A stretch of DNA of 64,000 bases from Basidiobolus meristosporus CBS 931.73. Lineage: Eukaryota; Fungi; Basidiobolomycota. The DNA is taken from contig MCFE01000469.1 in assembly GCA_002104905.1 (NCBI GenBank), forward strand, positions 1-64,000, read 5' to 3'. Shown here one piece after another: positions 13,391 through 25,231 of the stretch. Under the pieces are notes generated by a model that worked only from the letters and a program-made list of their open reading frames with translations, was not told the origin of the DNA and made no database searches. How positions within the stretch are numbered: the first letter of the stretch is position 1; every line of letters begins with the position of its first letter. Made by a program: the position numbers and the translations under genes.

Positions 13391-13426
13391 GTAGTCACTA
13401 CCCCACAAGAGCAACTGAACATCATA

Positions 13427-13605
13427 CCCTATGAAAATTATTGAGATGATCCCGGCAAAAGGGCGCCACAAAGTGGATGTTTGTGACTCAGAGGTACTGA
13501 TCTTGTCAGGACACCGTCCAGAGACTGTTGAAAAATAATTGCACCCCAGATTTCACAAAAAACTTAGTCAGAGTTTTCCATCACAACAATGTATAAGTGG
13601 CTTTT
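13427..13605. mobile_element. Terminal fragment of family T (ORF2-side end)
   Basis: ccctatgaaaattattgag matches 49299 onward and the rc of 47915-48097. Confidence 0.7.
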
Positions 13606-13610
13606 AATTG

Positions 13611-13762
13611 GTTCCCAATCCCCATCCCCCATCCTCTGGATGAGGGGGGGAGAAGCAACCAAGTGCCCCTCCCCCTCCACCTACCCACCGCAGGGGGATT
13701 GGTATGAGGTGGAGGGGGGGGGCTGTAAAGGGGCCCTGCAGGCCCCTTAAGGCCCCCCCAGA
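13611..13762. other. GC-rich cassette with three consecutive stem-loops and long G/C runs
   Basis: catcc-tct-ggatg within C/G runs; ccccctccacct (13671-13682) pairs with aggtggaggggg (13707-13718); aaggggcc-ctgca-ggcccctt (13728-13748). Confidence 0.85.
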
Positions 13763-13764
13763 GA

Positions 13765-14129
13765 GTTTATATAGTCCCATGCCATATATAATAAGTACAT
13801 GTCACATGACCTAGTTATATGATCAGCTGACCCCTGACATATCTCCATGTGATATTCCAGTCTATTCTTTAGTATATTCTATCTTGGCACACTTACTGTG
13901 CCTCACCCCAGAACCCCATCAGCATTAGCCAATATCTCTCAGAATCCATATTGCCAAAAAGTATATATAGTCCTATCCCCCCTTATGTATTCCTTAGTAT
14001 GATAAGCACAGGTCTTGAATAAACAGCCTTGCCTTGGAAATCCACCTTGCCTTGTTGATCCACACCTAAGTCCTTTCTTGGTCCTGCCTTGCCTAGCCCT
14101 ACTCTCCTGCCTTGTGTCTATCCATAACA
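13765..14129 (+). repeat. Partial LTR of family E
   Basis: Reverse complement of about 6150-6510; ends cataaca; TATATATA near 13960 and AATAAA near 13998. Confidence 0.85.
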
Positions 14130-17076
14130 CCAGGAACTATCCAAGTAAACCTCAGAAGCAGTGAAGGCAGCTATACACTGACCCTTAAAGAAGTACTCTA
14201 TGTGCCAGAAATAGTCAAGAGCTTACTATATGTAAGCAAGGCCACTGCAGAAGGACTCTGCTTCAGCTTTGACAATTCTGGATGCAGGATCACTGATCAA
14301 AATACTGCCCATATTGCTTTGGATACCAAAGATCAGAATTAATACAAGTTGACTTATGTTTCATCATATCTGAATGCCAACATAAGTAACATAAATGAAG
14401 AAGCACTAATGCTTTGACACAGAAGACTTGGGCACATCAACTTTGATTATCTGCACAAAATGATCAAAGATCAGCTAATTTACGGAGTAAAAGTTGATAC
14501 CCCATCTAGTTTGGAGCACCATCAGGCCTGCATATATGGAAAACAAGCCAGAAGTCTGTTCAAGAGCTCTGGGTTAATTAAAGGTAAGAATAATAAAATC
14601 TAATTCACTCAGATATGTGTGGACCTATGTAAAATTTATCCTTAGGAGGGATGTAGTATTTAATCACTTTTATTGATGATTATACAAGATACATGTGGGT
14701 CTATTGCATGGAAAGAAAGGAAAAAGCTATATCTAAGCTCAGGAAGCTTGAAGACATGGTGGAGAGAGAAACTGGTGATAAAATTCAAGAAAACATGCTC
14801 AGACAATGGTGGAGAATATACCTCAAAACTCTTCATCAACTTCTGCAAAATTCACGGGATAAAGCAAGAGACTACTGTACCATAATCCCCTCAGCAAAAT
14901 GGAGTAGCAGAATGTGTAAGCAGATTAATAGCTGATAAGGCAAGATCTATTATCCTTGATCACAATTTATCCTATGATTTTTGGGCGGATTCAGTTGCCA
15001 CTGCTATATACCTCAAAAATAGGAGTCATAACAGAATACTTTGTGATTCTACTCCATTTGAAGCATGGCATGGATACAGACTAAGTGCAGAACATCTCTG
15101 AATATATGTGTGTACAGCAAATGCCAAGAACCTGTCTGGAAATCAGCCAAAATAAGAGTCAAAAAGTGAAAAAGCATATTTTTGGGATACTGCAATGAGA
15201 GTAAGGCATACAGACTCTAAAGTACTAAAGCAAAGAAGCTGAGCAAGTCCAGGGATGTGTTGTCTGATCAAAATTCAAAATTATCACAAAAAATGACATG
15301 AGATAATGGCAAAAAATTTGACCTCAGGTCCGCCAATAGTCATGAATGAATCAGAGCAAAACAATGAAAGCTTTTCACTCCAGAGGACTTTACAACCATG
15401 GTTCAGCCTGAATCAGTGCCCAGGAATATCCCTGAAGTGATCATTCCAGTATCAAATGCCTGGAGATCCAACCAGACAAAAAAAAGCCCAAATTACTCTA
15501 TCAATGATAGTAGAAACTTAGTCTATACCTATTCAGTCCATCTTGATGAGCCCCAGACTGTAAAAAAAGCCCTAAGTAGCCCTCAGACAAAGTTTTGGAG
15601 ATCTGCAATGATTGAGGAATATCAGGCCCTAATGGAAAATCAAACTTGGGATTTAGTCAAATTACTAATGAATCAAAAATCAATTGGATGCAGATGGGCC
15701 TTTAAGTTAAAATGCAAGACTAGTGGTACAATTGAAAGATACAAAGCAAGACTTGTGTCCAAAGAATACTCTCAAGCAAAAGGACTTGACTTTACTGAGA
15801 CCTTTGCATTGGTAGCCAAGTTTAATAATGGCTATTGCAGCCACACACAAGTTTTTAATTCACCAGATGGATGTAAAAACTGCATTCTTAAATAGAGAAC
15901 TTGATGAGGACATGTATATGGACCAGCCTGATGTATTTGTTGACCACAATAACCCCCATTTGGTCTGAAAGCTAAAAAAATCTTTAAATGATCTCACACA
16001 TTCACCAAGAGCCTGGAATTGAAAGATAGATTGTTGTTTGGAATCCTTGAGCCTCAAAGGAGTATGCTGACTATAGAATTTACTATAAGCCAGATAGAGA
16101 AAATACAGCTCTATTAGCTTTACATGAGGATGACCTTATCATAGCCACCAATAACTTAGCAACATTGGAACAGACTAAATCAACCCTTTGAAAAGAGTTC
16201 AGGATGTCCAATCAAAGACAACTCAGTTACTACTTAGGCATGAACTTCTCCATAGACCAAAGTACCCAGACTATCACCCTAAGCCAATACAAGTATATTC
16301 AAGATATACTAAGGAGGTATTATATTAAAGACTGTAAACTAGCGGCTAACACAGTGAAGACAAGCCGCAACATGGTCAAAACTCAACTAAATCAAGAGAG
16401 CTTGGTGCCATCTGAAAGCCCTGACTTTCCTTATCAATCTATGATCAGTAGTCTGATGTATATTATGCTTGGAAGACATCCCGATGTCTTATATTCAGTG
16501 GGTGTTGTCAGCCAACATAATCAGAACTATGGATCTGATCATATTGCAGCAGTTAAGCAGATTTTTAGATATCTGAAAGGAACTGCTGATATCTGCTTAA
16601 AGTACACTTATAAGAATTCCAAACAGGATCTTGCAGGATACACTGATGCTGATCAGGGATAAAGTCTGAACACAGTAGTTCCACCACAGGATACACCTTT
16701 CTTTACTGTCAAGGAGCAATTTCATGGAATTCAAGAAAGCAACCAACCATAGCACTTTCTACCACAGAGGCAGAGTATATGGCAGCCTGTGAAGCTACAA
16801 GAGGAAGCAATGTGGCTAAGAAAGCTTTTACATATTTAGGCCCATGTCAATAAACACCTGTTACTTTATATCAAGATAATCAAGGATTTGTACAATTAGG
16901 TAGAAATCCGACTTTTCACGCTAAAACTAAGACCATGGATATTATACATCATCGCTTTGTGAAGCTATAGAAAATAGCTTAGTTAGCTTGGTTTACTGTC
17001 CTTCAGATAAAATGATTGCAGACATACTTACCAAACCATTAGCTGGAGACAAGTATGAATATCTTAGGTCAGAATT
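14130..17076 (+). mobile_element. Copia family C internal region (protease end, GAG-pre-integrase, integrase, RT, RNase H), decayed
   Basis: ORFs 14112-14342, 14673-14885, 15398-15895 and 16204-16662 are homologous to the minus copy; ends just before its own PPT. Confidence 0.9.
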
Positions 17077-17425
17077 TGTTGTAAGAGTCTTGGAGATATT
17101 GGAAGTGATTGGGGGAATAAGTAGATTATGTGGCTTTCACTTAATGATTTATTGAATGTGAAAGTAGTATTTATTCTTTTACACAGTCTTGACATTACAA
17201 ACACGTAGAATAGACTAAGGAAGGTCCCAAGAACATGTGTGCAAAGTTTGGGGCTGTTTGAACAACTTTGAGAATTTTCATGTTCTGGGTACCTGGTATC
17301 TTGGTGAAAATATTCCAAGTAAATCCCAACAAGGAATTAGGTCAGTATTCTCTAGGATTTGAAGGTGATGATCTAAGTGACTAAGTTAGGTGAATATTTA
17401 GGCAGAAATACAAGTTCTTACAACA
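17077..17425 (-). repeat. 3' LTR of Copia C (349 bp), preceded by PPT gagtgggag (17426-17434, minus)
   Basis: tgttgtaag..cttacaaca ends; rc of solo LTR 56405-56753. Confidence 0.93.
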
Positions 17426-17436
17426 CTCCCACTCAG

Positions 17437-20290
17437 CTAAATGTTTATACTGACTAGTCCTAATTTTGACCTAAGATATTCAAACTTGTCTCTAGCTAAT
17501 GGTTTGGTAAATATGTCTGCAATCATTTCATCTGTAGGACAGTAAACTTGGCTAACTAAGCTATTTTCTATACCTGCACATATGAAAAGATGTCTAATAT
17601 CTATGTGCTTGGTTCTAGCATGAAAAGTTGGATTTTTACCTAATTGTATAAATCCTTGATTATCTTGAAATAAAGTAATAGGTGTCTTTTGACATAGGCC
17701 TAAATATGTAAAAAGCTTTCTTAGCCACATTGCTTCTTTTGTAGCTTCACAGGCTGCCATATATTCTGCCTCTGTGGTAGAAAGTGCTACAGTTTGTTGC
17801 TTTCTTGAATTCCATGAAATTGCTCCTTGACAGTAAAGAAAGGTGTATCCTGTGGTGGATCTTCTGTCTTCTAAGTTTTGTCCCCAATTGGCATCAGCAT
17901 ATCCCACAAGATCCTGTTCTGAATCCTTATTAGTGTATCTTAAGCAGATATCAACAGTTCCTTTTAGGTATCTAAAAACCTGCTTAACTGATGCAATATG
18001 ATCATATCCATAGTTCTGATTATGTTAGCTGACAACTCCCAATGAATATGATATCTGGACATGTTCCAAGCATGATATACATCAGACTACTGATCATGGA
18101 TTGATAAGGAAAGTCAGGGCTTTCAGATGGCGCTAAGCTCTCTTTATTTGGTTGAGTTTTGACCAAGTTAAGGTTTGTCTTCATTGGAGTAGCTGCCATT
18201 TTACAGTCTTCCATTTTGTACTGCTTTAATATATATCTTGAATATACTTGGATTGGCTTAGGGTAATAGGCTGGGTACTTCTGTCTATGGAGAACATAAT
18301 CCCTAAGTAGCAACTGAGTTCTGCTAGATGAGACATCTTTAACTCCTTAGATAGGCTGGATTTTGTCTCTTCCAATGTTTCTAGGTTATTGGCGGCTATA
18401 ATAAGGCCATCCACATATAGAGCTAATAGAACTGGATTTGCTCTATCTGGCATATAGTATATACTATAGTCTGCATTACTACTTATGAAACTCAAAGATT
18501 CCAAATAAGAATCTATCTTGCAATTCCAGGCTCTTGGTGATTGTTTGAGACTATATAGTGACTTTTGAAGCTTGCAGACCATATGGGGGTTATCTCGGTC
18601 AACAAACCCATCAGGCTGGCCCATATACATGTCCTCAGCAAGTTCTCCATTCAAAAATCCAGCTTTTACATCCATCTGGTGAATTTAAAACTTATATTTG
18701 GCTGCAATAGCCAATATTAATCTGATGGAATTAAACTTGGCTACTGGTGCAAAGGTCTCAGTATAGTCAAGTGCTTTTGTTTGAGAGTATCCTTTGGCCA
18801 CAAGTCTTACTTTGTATCTTTCAATTGTACCTTTAGCCTTGTATTTTGTCTTGAAGACCCATCTGCACCCAATTGATTTTTGGTTGATTGGTAATTTGAC
18901 TAAGTGCCAAGTTTGATTTTCCATCAAGGCCTGATATTCCTCAGTCATTGCAAATCTCCAAAACTTTGTCTGAGGGCTATTTAGGGCCTCTTTTACAGTC
19001 TGGGGTTCATCAATATGGACTGAATAGGCATAGGTTAAGTTTGTGCGCTCATTGATATAGTAATTTGGGCTATTTCTTGTTTGATTGGATCTCTGGGCAT
19101 TTGATACTGGTATGATCACTTCTGGGATATTCCTGGGCACTGGTTCAGGCTCAACCATGGTTGTAGAGTCCTCTGGAGTGAGAAAATTCTGATTGTTTTG
19201 CTCTGATTCAATTCTGACAATTGGTGGATTTGAGATCAGATATTTGTCATCATCTGGTATCATTTTTTGTGAAATTTTGAATTTACATCAAACAACACAT
19301 CCCTGGACTTGATTAGCTTCTTTGCTTTGGTATTGTAGAGTCTGCAGGGTTCACTCTCATTGCAGTAGCCAAAAAATATGTATTTTACACTTTTTGGCTC
19401 AAATTTTGACAGATTTTCAGGCAGTTTCTTGGCATATGCTGTACGCCCAAATATTTCTAGATGTTCTGCACTTGATCTGTATCCATACCATGCTTCAAAT
19501 GGAGTAGAATTACAAAGTATTCTGTTATGACTCCTATTTTTAAGATATATAGCAGTGGCAACTGATTCAGCCCAAAAATCATAGAATATTTTTTGATCAT
19601 GGAGCATAGATTTTGCCATATTAATTATTAATCTGTTAGCACTTCCTGCTACTCCATTTTGCTGTGAGGAGTTTGGTACAGTGGTCTCTTGCTTTATCCC
19701 ATGAATTTTGCAGAAGTGGATGAAGAGTTTTGAGGTATATTCTCCACCATTGTCAGAGCATATTTTCTTGATTTTTTCGCCAGTTTCTCTCTCCACCATG
19801 GCCTTAAGCTCCCTGAGCTTAGACAGAGCTTCTTCCTTTCTTTCCATGAAGTAGACCCATGTGTATCTTGTATAATCATCAATAAAAGTGATTAAATACT
19901 TTGTCCTGCCTAAGGATAAATCTTGCATAGGTCCACACAGATCTGAGTGAATTAGAGCTAATTTTTTCTTAGTATTGATTGACCAGAGCTCTTGAACAGT
20001 TGTCTGGCTTGTTTCCCATATATGCAGGCTTCACAGTGCTCCAAATTAGCTGAGGGATCAACTTTTAATCCGGAAATTAGCTGATCTTTGATCATTTTAG
20101 GCAAATATTCAAAATTGATGTGCCCAAATCTCCTGTGGCAAAGCATTGGTATTTCTTCATTTGATTTACTTGTATTGGCTTCCTAATATGAATGAATATA
20201 AGTGAACTTGTATGGATTCTGATCTCTGATACCCAAAGCAATATGGGCACCATTTTGATCTGTGATCTTGCATCCATAATTGTCAAAGCT
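17437..20290 (-). pseudogene. pol: Copia C pol (GAG-pre-integrase, integrase, RT, RNase H); best preserved Copia copy
   Basis: Integrase FIDD..SDNGGEY..QNGVA (19260-19928); RT LYVD (18226-18675); RNase H ADANWG..EAEY..QDNQ..KHIDIRH..ADIFTKPL (17437-17907). Confidence 0.93.
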
Positions 20291-20849
20291 AAAGCTGAGT
20301 CCTTCTGCAGTGGCCTTGCTTACAGATAGTAGGTTCTTGGCTATTTCTGGTACATAAGGTACTCCTTTTGCAGTAGTTACAAAACAGGTTACTGTTGCCT
20401 TTGTAGGGTCTTGGGTATCTCCTTTGTTGGTTATCATTGCTTATTAAAGCATTTTCTTCTTCCTTCTTATTGGCACTTGATTTTCTTAATTCTTCATCCA
20501 GGAGCCTTCCATACTTGTAATTTAAGGTTAAATCTTCAGTTCTGGACTCTAGGGCTGATACAGGGCTATTTATTGTCCAGTGGAATCTCCTGGCATTTGA
20601 TACTAAAAGATCCCTTCCAGTTTCATGCTAAGCCACAGCTGTACAGTCCTCTGGAGTAAAAAAATTCTCATTGCTTTGCTCTGATACAACCCTGACTATG
20701 AGTGGATTTGAGATCAAGTTTCTGTCATCATCTGATGTCATTGTTTGCAAATATTGGCTTTTCATCAAATAACATACCCCTGGACTTGCTCAGCATCTTT
20801 AATTTGGTAGTGTAGAATCTGTATACTTTACTGACATTACAGTAGCCCA

Positions 20850-21217
20850 TGTTGCAATTTAAGAAGTGTTTTGGATATAAGGAATTTATCAAGCAATAGT
20901 GATAATAGTTGAACTGTTGTTTATTAATAAAGAGGCTCAGTATCTATACCTTTGTATAGTAATACAGCTGTAACACTAAGTAAGGAGGGTTTCTCAATAT
21001 TCAGGAGCATTCTGTAACAGTTTCAGGGTTAGTACATAATAGTTAGTATTGGTGCTAATTTGATCTTGACTATAAGGGAATAATCAAAAGATTATAGATC
21101 TGAAGAAAGTGGCAAAGTTAGAACTGTAAACTAGTCCCACAGTTAACAATACTAGTCCAGAATTGTTAAGTAAATTTTTAGCTGCAGAATGATACCAAAT
21201 AGTTTAATATTCCAACA
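20850..21217 (-). repeat. Solo LTR of Copia family D (368 bp) inside a Copia C integrase fragment
   Basis: tgttgcaa..ttccaaca ends; near-TSD gccca/gacca; rc of 27380-27748. Confidence 0.85.
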
Positions 21218-22250
21218 GACCAAAAGTATGTATTTTACACTTGTGGCTCAAATTCAACTAATAACAAGATAGTTTCTTGGCATATGTTGCACACCCAGAT
21301 ATTCTTTGATGTTCTGTGCTTGGTCTGTATTCATTCCCTGCTTCAAATGGAGCAGGATTACAAAGTATTCAGTTATAACTCTCATTTTTAAGGTATTTAG
21401 CTGTGGCAACTGATTCCACCCAAAAATCTTTGGATAGTTTTTGATCATGGATCATAGATCTTGCTGTATTATTACTGATCTGTTTGATAGATATTCTTCC
21501 TTTGTGTCTGTGAAGTAAACCCACATGTTCTGTATGATCATCAATAAAAGTGATTAATACTTCATCCCACCCAAGGCTTAATATAGCTATATCTCCTTTG
21601 CTGGTTGTTATTGCTTATTAAGTCATTTTCTTCTTCCTTCTTATTGACACATTATTTGCTTAATTCTTCATCTTAGAGCCTTCCATATATATAACTTAAG
21701 GTCAAATCCTCAGTTCTGGATTCTAGGGCTGATACAGGGCCCTGAAACCTGTCTGTCAGGCTATTCAGGATGGTACTATCATATCCTCATCAGTGGTAGG
21801 TTCACTCACATATTCTGTCTCATCTACCAGTAGGATAGTTCTGTTTATTGGCTTTCATTTCCTCTCCAGGTAACATCCTTGTAGCAAAGAATTCTAGTCT
21901 AAGATACATTCTCTTAGCAGCCAAACATGACTGATATGCATTTTTTAATGCCTTCCCAGCATTCTTTGTGGTTTTTGCGCTTGAGCCTTGAATTACAAAT
22001 TTGTTTTTGTCATTAAGGCTAGTGCATTAAAAGGCACTTTGTTCTTTCTTCTGGTACTTTAAGGCTTCCTCTCCCACATTTTTAGGAGGGCATTCCTTGC
22101 CCATAACAATATCCAACAGGCCTCTGCTTTCTAGCATCATCTTATTCTTCACCTTCTACACTTGGTAGTTAGATCCATCCAACTTTTCAGCAGAGGAAAA
22201 AATTTCTGTAATAGAAGCAGTAGTAAATACTGCAGAGAATTATGACATAT

Positions 22251-22261
22251 GGCTCATAACA
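22251..22261 (-). promoter_or_regulatory. Copia PBS (GGTTATGAGCC-type)
   Basis: The minus strand reads tgttatgagcc directly after the LTR end; the same motif follows LTR D at 25320. Confidence 0.7.
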
Positions 22262-22314
22262 TGCTGTAAGAGTCTTGGAGATATTGGAAGTGATTGCAAG
22301 AACAAGTTGACAAT

Positions 22315-24956
22315 CGACTTGTTCCATTGTACCAAGCCAGAGTGTGCAGCACAATCTGAGGCCTCTAAGAATGATTATGTCTAATATTATAACTACCCGC
22401 ACTTGGGTAATTTTGCACTATGTGGGACAATCTTGCACACTTTGGCACAATCTGACACAATGAGGTTGGCATGGATGATTGCACCAACTTGTAATGTTTG
22501 CATCACATCTGCAATTGGATACTGCCATTATGGTAGGTAAAATCTGGTATTTGGATATGTTTTTCTAATGTAAATGGATATAAATGTATGTCACACTATA
22601 AACTACACTGCTACTTATCACTTTGGTTACCATCACTCCAATTGGATGGTATATCAGCGGCTTATTGTTAAAAGTATCCCAAAGCTGTCAGCCCCCAATT
22701 GGCTCTATGACCGTTACACAAGCTACATGATTTGCCATCAAATATCCTGTTTTACACATTGTGCAAGTAAATCCCTGATCCTAGAGATTGGACAAGGTGT
22801 CAAAGCTAGCATGCAACCAATTGAATAGGTGCAAAACAGATCTATTGGCTGCACTGGTGTAACAGATAATGTATATATATGAGGGTGCTTATTTATAGGG
22901 GTCTCCCTCAAATTGGCCAATCTTGATATTGCTTATATCAAAAACTTGCTGATAGTCAGGTGTAATGGCATGCACAGGCTCAACTTGATGCACTGGCATG
23001 GTCCTTGGCTGAGTTTGAATTGATGCCACTTGTTAACATACCTTGGCCTGCTCCAATGAACTTGTGCATAAATGGGCAGTTGGGGAGGTTCTGGTGGTTT
23101 TGCTCTGAAGCACACATATTGACCCAACACGTTTTGACACAATGTGGAGCACTCTTGTGAAGGGTGTTGGCATAGTTTGAACTGATATGTGCTGGCATGC
23201 TGATGTTGCAGGGGATGGTAAGGAATCCAGCAAGGTGTGCAGGTACAATCTAGATGCTGTTGCTTGTGGTCTGTACTGTTCCTCTTAAAGCTCATCTTGT
23301 GATTCCTCAAGGTATTCACTTAAACTCTGTCTGATGCTATGGAACTGGTATCTGGATGAGTTTTGTGTATATTGCTCTCAGAAGCCACATAGGTATACTA
23401 ATATATCACATAATACATTAGTCACTGGAGGCAAAATCTCAAACAAAATCTCTTGATGCCCAGAGTTGAGGCACAAACAGATGCATCCAGCCTGCACTGC
23501 ATAAATTCTTGCAAAATTATTCCTGCATGGCTTCCTCAGCAAATCCCCTCACTCTCAGCTCATTCATGACTTCAATAGTTGTCTTGTTATTTATCATCTT
23601 ATATACATCCGCTGGCATCTTGATGTAGAACTCATGCCACAGCTTTCTGCTTGGGTTCTTCCATCTCTGTTGACTCTCTGAGGTCTCCAGTTCTGTTAGA
23701 GTAATGAATAGTGTCCAAATAGCTGTATGAAGGCTGATCATCAACACTTGGGCCATACTAACATCATTTGGTAAGAACTCAAACGGATCCAACATTGACT
23801 TCTCTGGTCCAGACTGTGCATGTGAGCTGGGGGATGGGTTTTGTCTGGGTTGTGCTAAAGATGAGCTGAAACTTAGTATAGGGACCATAGTGATGGATTT
23901 GGACCTATACAGTAGTGTATTGGCATCAACCTGGTCTTATATGAAATATATATGAAAACTAGTGTGATTGTTGAGTTTTCCATATTTTATGCATGATGCT
24001 TCATGGATTGCATTGACATGGATTGGATCCCATTAATAGTACATTTCCTATATGATTATACACTTGTTAGTAAAGCATCAATAAAAATATCAAGTTACTG
24101 TTTGAGGATGGTCTTTGCAATATAATGATGAGATACATGGTAGTTAATGGAGATTGAATCATAATCCATGGAAAATCAGATGAATAAAGCTGATCATGCC
24201 TAATCAATTCTACTCACCTCAGCCCAATTACCTACCAGTAATAATGTGACTTACTCATCTGAATAGTCATTTCTATTTGATCCCATCACTACCACTGGAT
24301 TTCCTTTTGACAGACCAGAGGAGATCTATACCCAGTACTGTGGACCATCTACCCCAATCTACTCAAGGAGATCTCTTGTTAAGCTTCTCTGCACTACAAG
24401 AACTATTGCCCCACAAGGTTACATCCTACCATCCATGGCAACAAAAGTCCTAAAAGCTTTCATTCCTAGCTGACAACAATGGAGAGCCACCTTGCTGAGG
24501 ATATGAGTGACTTAGAACAAGCGTGGAATACTAGGTTCAGAAGCTCCAATAGACTTCCGTATCCCAGAGTGTTCAGCAACAGGTTCAATATAAGGAGTAT
24601 TTTGGATACCTTGCCAGTCAGGATTAACAGAACTTCTAGAGGGCAGTGGCACTTTTATTTGGCAGGTACAAGGCACACTGTATGAAGTTTCAGGCACTGT
24701 CTGACTGTGAGGGTAACATCAACTGGCTTATTGGGCCATTTTCTGGAAGTAGGCATGACAATGCACTCTGGGCAGAGAATAATCCAAAATACAGTAGAGC
24801 AGAGAAACATATGGCACACTTAGCTTATATAGGAGAGGATTGTCAAAGATTAGGATGCATTACAGCAAAAAGGAAGCCAAGGAGTGGTGTACTTAGCAGG
24901 AAGCAGAAGCTTCACAATGAGATATTAAATCATTTCAGAGTGAGGGTAGAGTATAC
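22315..24956 (+). mobile_element. PIF/Harbinger-superfamily transposon P, copy C (oldest, 3' truncated)
   Basis: Left TIR cgacttgttccattgtacc after aat; collinear with 50986-54030; ORF2 remnants 22933-23888 (-), transposase remnants about 24245-24956 (+). Confidence 0.88.
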
Positions 24957-25230
24957 CAAGTATGCAAGTAGAGCTGTAAGTATATGGGACAAGAATATAA
25001 ACCTAGTAATGCTTGCCTGCAAGGTCAAGGTGCACAAGACTATCCACCAATTGCCAATTTACTTATGGTATAAATGTAAGCCAATGATTCCAAGAGAAAT
25101 CACACAACCATAACTCCCTGACAACCTGGAGGATGAGCTGAGTCAGCCTAGTATACACCAACAATCAGGCAAGAATGTCAGGAGTCACAGGCCAAAATAT
25201 CTAAAAGTGCAGAAAAGATAAAGTAGATGT
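24957..25230 (+). pseudogene. Gypsy B integrase fragment
   Basis: TKYASRAVSIWD..LACKVKV is homologous to TKYANRAVSRWD..FACRVRV at 37810-37890. Confidence 0.7.
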
Positions 25231-25231
25231 T

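Larger units (their letters stand above)
8439..13426 (+). mobile_element. Ty3/Gypsy family A element: 5' LTR, PBS, gag, protease, RT, RNase H; truncated before integrase by a T terminus
   Basis: LTR 8439-9509, PBS immediately after, domain order PR-RT-RH. Confidence 0.92.
17077..22314 (-). mobile_element. Copia family C element with 3' LTR, PPT, pol, duplicated gag pieces, PBS and a 5' LTR remnant
   Basis: Minus-strand order LTR-PBS-gag-PR-IN-RT-RH-PPT-LTR; the 5' LTR (22262-22314) is cut by P copy C. Confidence 0.88.
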
